64,000 bases of DNA from Gemmatimonadales bacterium (GTDB taxonomy: Bacteria > Gemmatimonadota > Gemmatimonadetes > Gemmatimonadales > GWC2-71-9), in assembly GCA_965249575.1 (NCBI GenBank), contig OZ252244.1:3584001-3648000 (forward strand). Direction: 5' to 3'. Both the position numbers and the translations under genes were made by a program. Below are positions 61,972-64,000 of this stretch, in pieces. The first letter of the stretch is position 1. Every line of letters begins with the position of its first letter. A model generated the notes under the pieces. It saw only the letters and a program-made list of their open reading frames with translations, ran no database searches and was not told the origin of the DNA.

Positions 61972-63404
61972 ACGGTGATCTCGACCTCGTCGGTTACGGA
62001 ATAGGCACGAACTGATTCTAGCAGCGAGGCAAGCGGACCCTCGACGTACTCCAAGACCTGCTCGGGTGCGCGGCCCACGTAACCCGCCGGGTCGAGCTCT
62101 GCCCGCAGCGCGTCCGCGTCGATTTTCGCGAACGCGGGATCGGCCGAAAGCCTATCCAGCAGGTCGTTTGGCCCTCCTGCGGCCACCGCCTCTGCCACCG
62201 CTCGACTGTGGCGTCGAATGACCTCGTGGAGCTGCTGCCGATCGCCGCCGAGGCGCACTCCAACCATGAGCCAGCGCTCGGTTGCCATGAAGGGCATGGC
62301 GGCTGCTACGTTCCGCCGGACCACTGCCTCCCGCACCTCCAGGCCGGCGCTCAAGTTCGTCAAGAGAATGAGGAGGGCATCGGTGGCCAGTGTCGCGTCT
62401 GGCAACACGAGGCGACGGTTGGCGCTATCGTCCAGTGTACGTTCGAGCCACTGCGTCGCAGCGGTATAGGCGGTGTTTTCCCGCAAGGAAATGACGTAGC
62501 GACAGAGGGCACACACCCGCTCGGCCCGCATAGGATTGCGCTTGTACGGCATCGCGCTGGAACCCACTTGCTCTGCTTCGGCGGGTTCCAGCACCTCTCC
62601 CTCATGTTGGAGCAGTCGGAGATCGGTCGCGAACTTCGAGCCGGATTGGGCAATCCCACTCATGATGTCCAGCAGGCGGCTGTCGAGCTTGCGGGTATAG
62701 GTCTGTCCGCTCACGGCGATCGGCTCTTGGAAGCCGAAGGCGGCGGCGACCCGTCGATCGAGCTCGCGGACCTTGTCGTGATCGCCACCGCACAGCTCGA
62801 GGAAACTGGCCTGTGTTCCGGTAGTTCCCTTGCAACCCCGGAACGGGAGCGTCGCAATGGCGTCGCGACATGCGGCCGCATCGATCGCGAAATCCTGAAG
62901 CCAGAGCGCCGCCCGTTTGCCGACGGTCGTGAGCTGTGCGGGCTGAAAATGGGTGTAAGCCAGCGTCGGGGTAGACCGGTGCGTGCGCGCGAACCCCTCC
63001 AGCGACCGCAGAATGGCAACGAGCCTGCCCAGCAGCACCCGCAGGCTATCGCGGAGGATGATCAGATCGGCATTATCCGTAACGAACGCGCTAGTCGCGC
63101 CAAGGTGGATGAACGGGCGGGCGCGGGGTGCGTCATCGGCATACGCGTGAATGTGTGCCATGACGTCGTGGCGGAAACGACGCTCGTAGCTGCGGGCGGC
63201 ATCCAGGTTCACCGTGTCGAGATGCGCTCGCAGCTCCCCTATCGCTGCGTCCGGTATCTCCACTCCGAGGTGCCGCTGCTCCTCGGCGAGCGCCAGCCAT
63301 AGCCGTCGCCAGATGTAGGCGCGGTGCTCCTCGCTCCACAAGCGCTGCATCGCCGGCGAAGCGTAGCGCGTGGAGAGGACGGATTGGTAGCGGTCGTCGG
63401 TCAT
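61968..63404 (-). CDS. purB: Adenylosuccinate lyase
   Basis: RHDVMAH, HLGATS, THFQPAQ and [10 protein letters not shown] motifs. Confidence 0.97.
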   Translation of the reverse strand: MTDDRYQSVLSTRYASPAMQRLWSEEHRAYIWRRLWLALAEEQRHLGVEIPDAAIGELRAHLDTVNLDAARSYERRFRHDVMAHIHAYADDAPRARPFIHLGATSAFVTDNADLIILRDSLRVLLGRLVAILRSLEGFARTHRSTPTLAYTHFQPAQLTTVGKRAALWLQDFAIDAAACRDAIATLPFRGCKGTTGTQASFLELCGGDHDKVRELDRRVAAAFGFQEPIAVSGQTYTRKLDSRLLDIMSGIAQSGSKFATDLRLLQHEGEVLEPAEAEQVGSSAMPYKRNPMRAERVCALCRYVISLRENTAYTAATQWLERTLDDSANRRLVLPDATLATDALLILLTNLSAGLEVREAVVRRNVAAAMPFMATERWLMVGVRLGGDRQQLHEVIRRHSRAVAEAVAAGGPNDLLDRLSADPAFAKIDADALRAELDPAGYVGRAPEQVLEYVEGPLASLLESVRAYSVTDEVEITV

Positions 63405-64000
63405 CGGACGTAGAAGTCGGTGTAGCTCAAGGCGTCGTTCCGCTCGAAGTATACCCGGATGGGCGTCCTGTCGGCGGCCGCGCGACGCGCACGGCTGACC
63501 TCCTCCGCGCGCTGAACCGGCTCTCGGTTGACCTGCAGAACGACATCCCCTACCTGCAGACCTGTGGCGCGGCGCGCGCCCTCGCCGATCTCGTAGATGA
63601 GGGCGCCACGTGCACTCTGGATGCCGCGTTCCTGACGAATCGCGGGCGTGACGGTGACGACCCTGATATCGCCCAGCACGGCGACCTTCTCGGCCCTTGT
63701 GGACGGAAGGTCTTCCACAACCAGAATCGTGGCTCGCTCTCTTCGCGCGCGCCGCAGGTCTACGACGAGGGAGTCGCCAACGCCAATGTCGAGCTTGACC
63801 CCCTCCCAGTCCAAGAAGGTCCGCAGCCGGCGGCCCCCCGCCCGGATCAGGACGTCATCGACTCGAACCCCAGCGCGCGCGGCGGGACCGTCGGGGGCAA
63901 CCGCCGCGACCCGAAGACCGCCGGTCTGTTTCCAGTCCCGCAAGCCTGAGCCCTGGACGTCGAGTCCCACCCACGCCCGCCGCACCGACCCGTGAACCTG
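63401..64000 (-). CDS. HtrA/DegP-like serine protease, C-terminal PDZ domains (5'-partial)
   Basis: GSVRRAWVGL followed by two PDZ-like domains (GPAARAGVRVDDV; GLQVGDVVLQVN). Confidence 0.8.
   Translation of the reverse strand, partial: QVHGSVRRAWVGLDVQGSGLRDWKQTGGLRVAAVAPDGPAARAGVRVDDVLIRAGGRRLRTFLDWEGVKLDIGVGDSLVVDLRRARRERATILVVEDLPSTRAEKVAVLGDIRVVTVTPAIRQERGIQSARGALIYEIGEGARRATGLQVGDVVLQVNREPVQRAEEVSRARRAAADRTPIRVYFERNDALSYTDFYVR

Overview
GC-rich bacterial chromosome, probably Gemmatimonadota (inferred from gene order and protein style; not verified). Two housekeeping blocks flank an eroded accessory region. The left block (1-24.4 kb) runs rseP, Ser/Thr kinase, rpsO-pnp-M16 peptidase-ald, mreBCD-mrdA-rodA, accD-folC-hisS-proS-lysA-guaA, PTS IIA, dusB-larB-GGDEF and tmRNA. 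The right block (50.8-64 kb, mostly minus strand) runs htrA'-purB-purC-psd-pssA-purS-purQ-lipoprotein-zinc ribbon-purL-purF-ppdK, then a NUDIX gene. Directly 3' of the tmRNA lies an island with no visible integrase or attR. It opens with a four-part patchwork: an AhpD/CMD-like fragment, a 504-bp copy of the TonB receptor gene found 24 kb downstream, a 188-bp copy of core psd found 35 kb downstream, and a phage tail-assembly chaperone remnant with an intact -1 slippery site. The receptor-psd join shows clear microhomology. Next come a truncated tape-measure gene, an excisionase-type HTH gene, a type I R-M locus (hsdM and hsdS intact, hsdR dead), a SRAP pseudogene, an outer-membrane barrel, a large Ig/Calx-beta autotransporter with an unusual SPOR tail, a Pal-like lipoprotein and a VOC fragment. 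A decayed copper-type locus follows, with two tandem His/Cys-rich, poly-Pro-tailed leader-like proteins, a TonB receptor and a YcnI/CopD fusion. Many non-essential genes, including ppdK, are disrupted while essential genes are intact. No CRISPR array, rRNA or tRNA was seen. All family calls come from motif recognition, not database searches.
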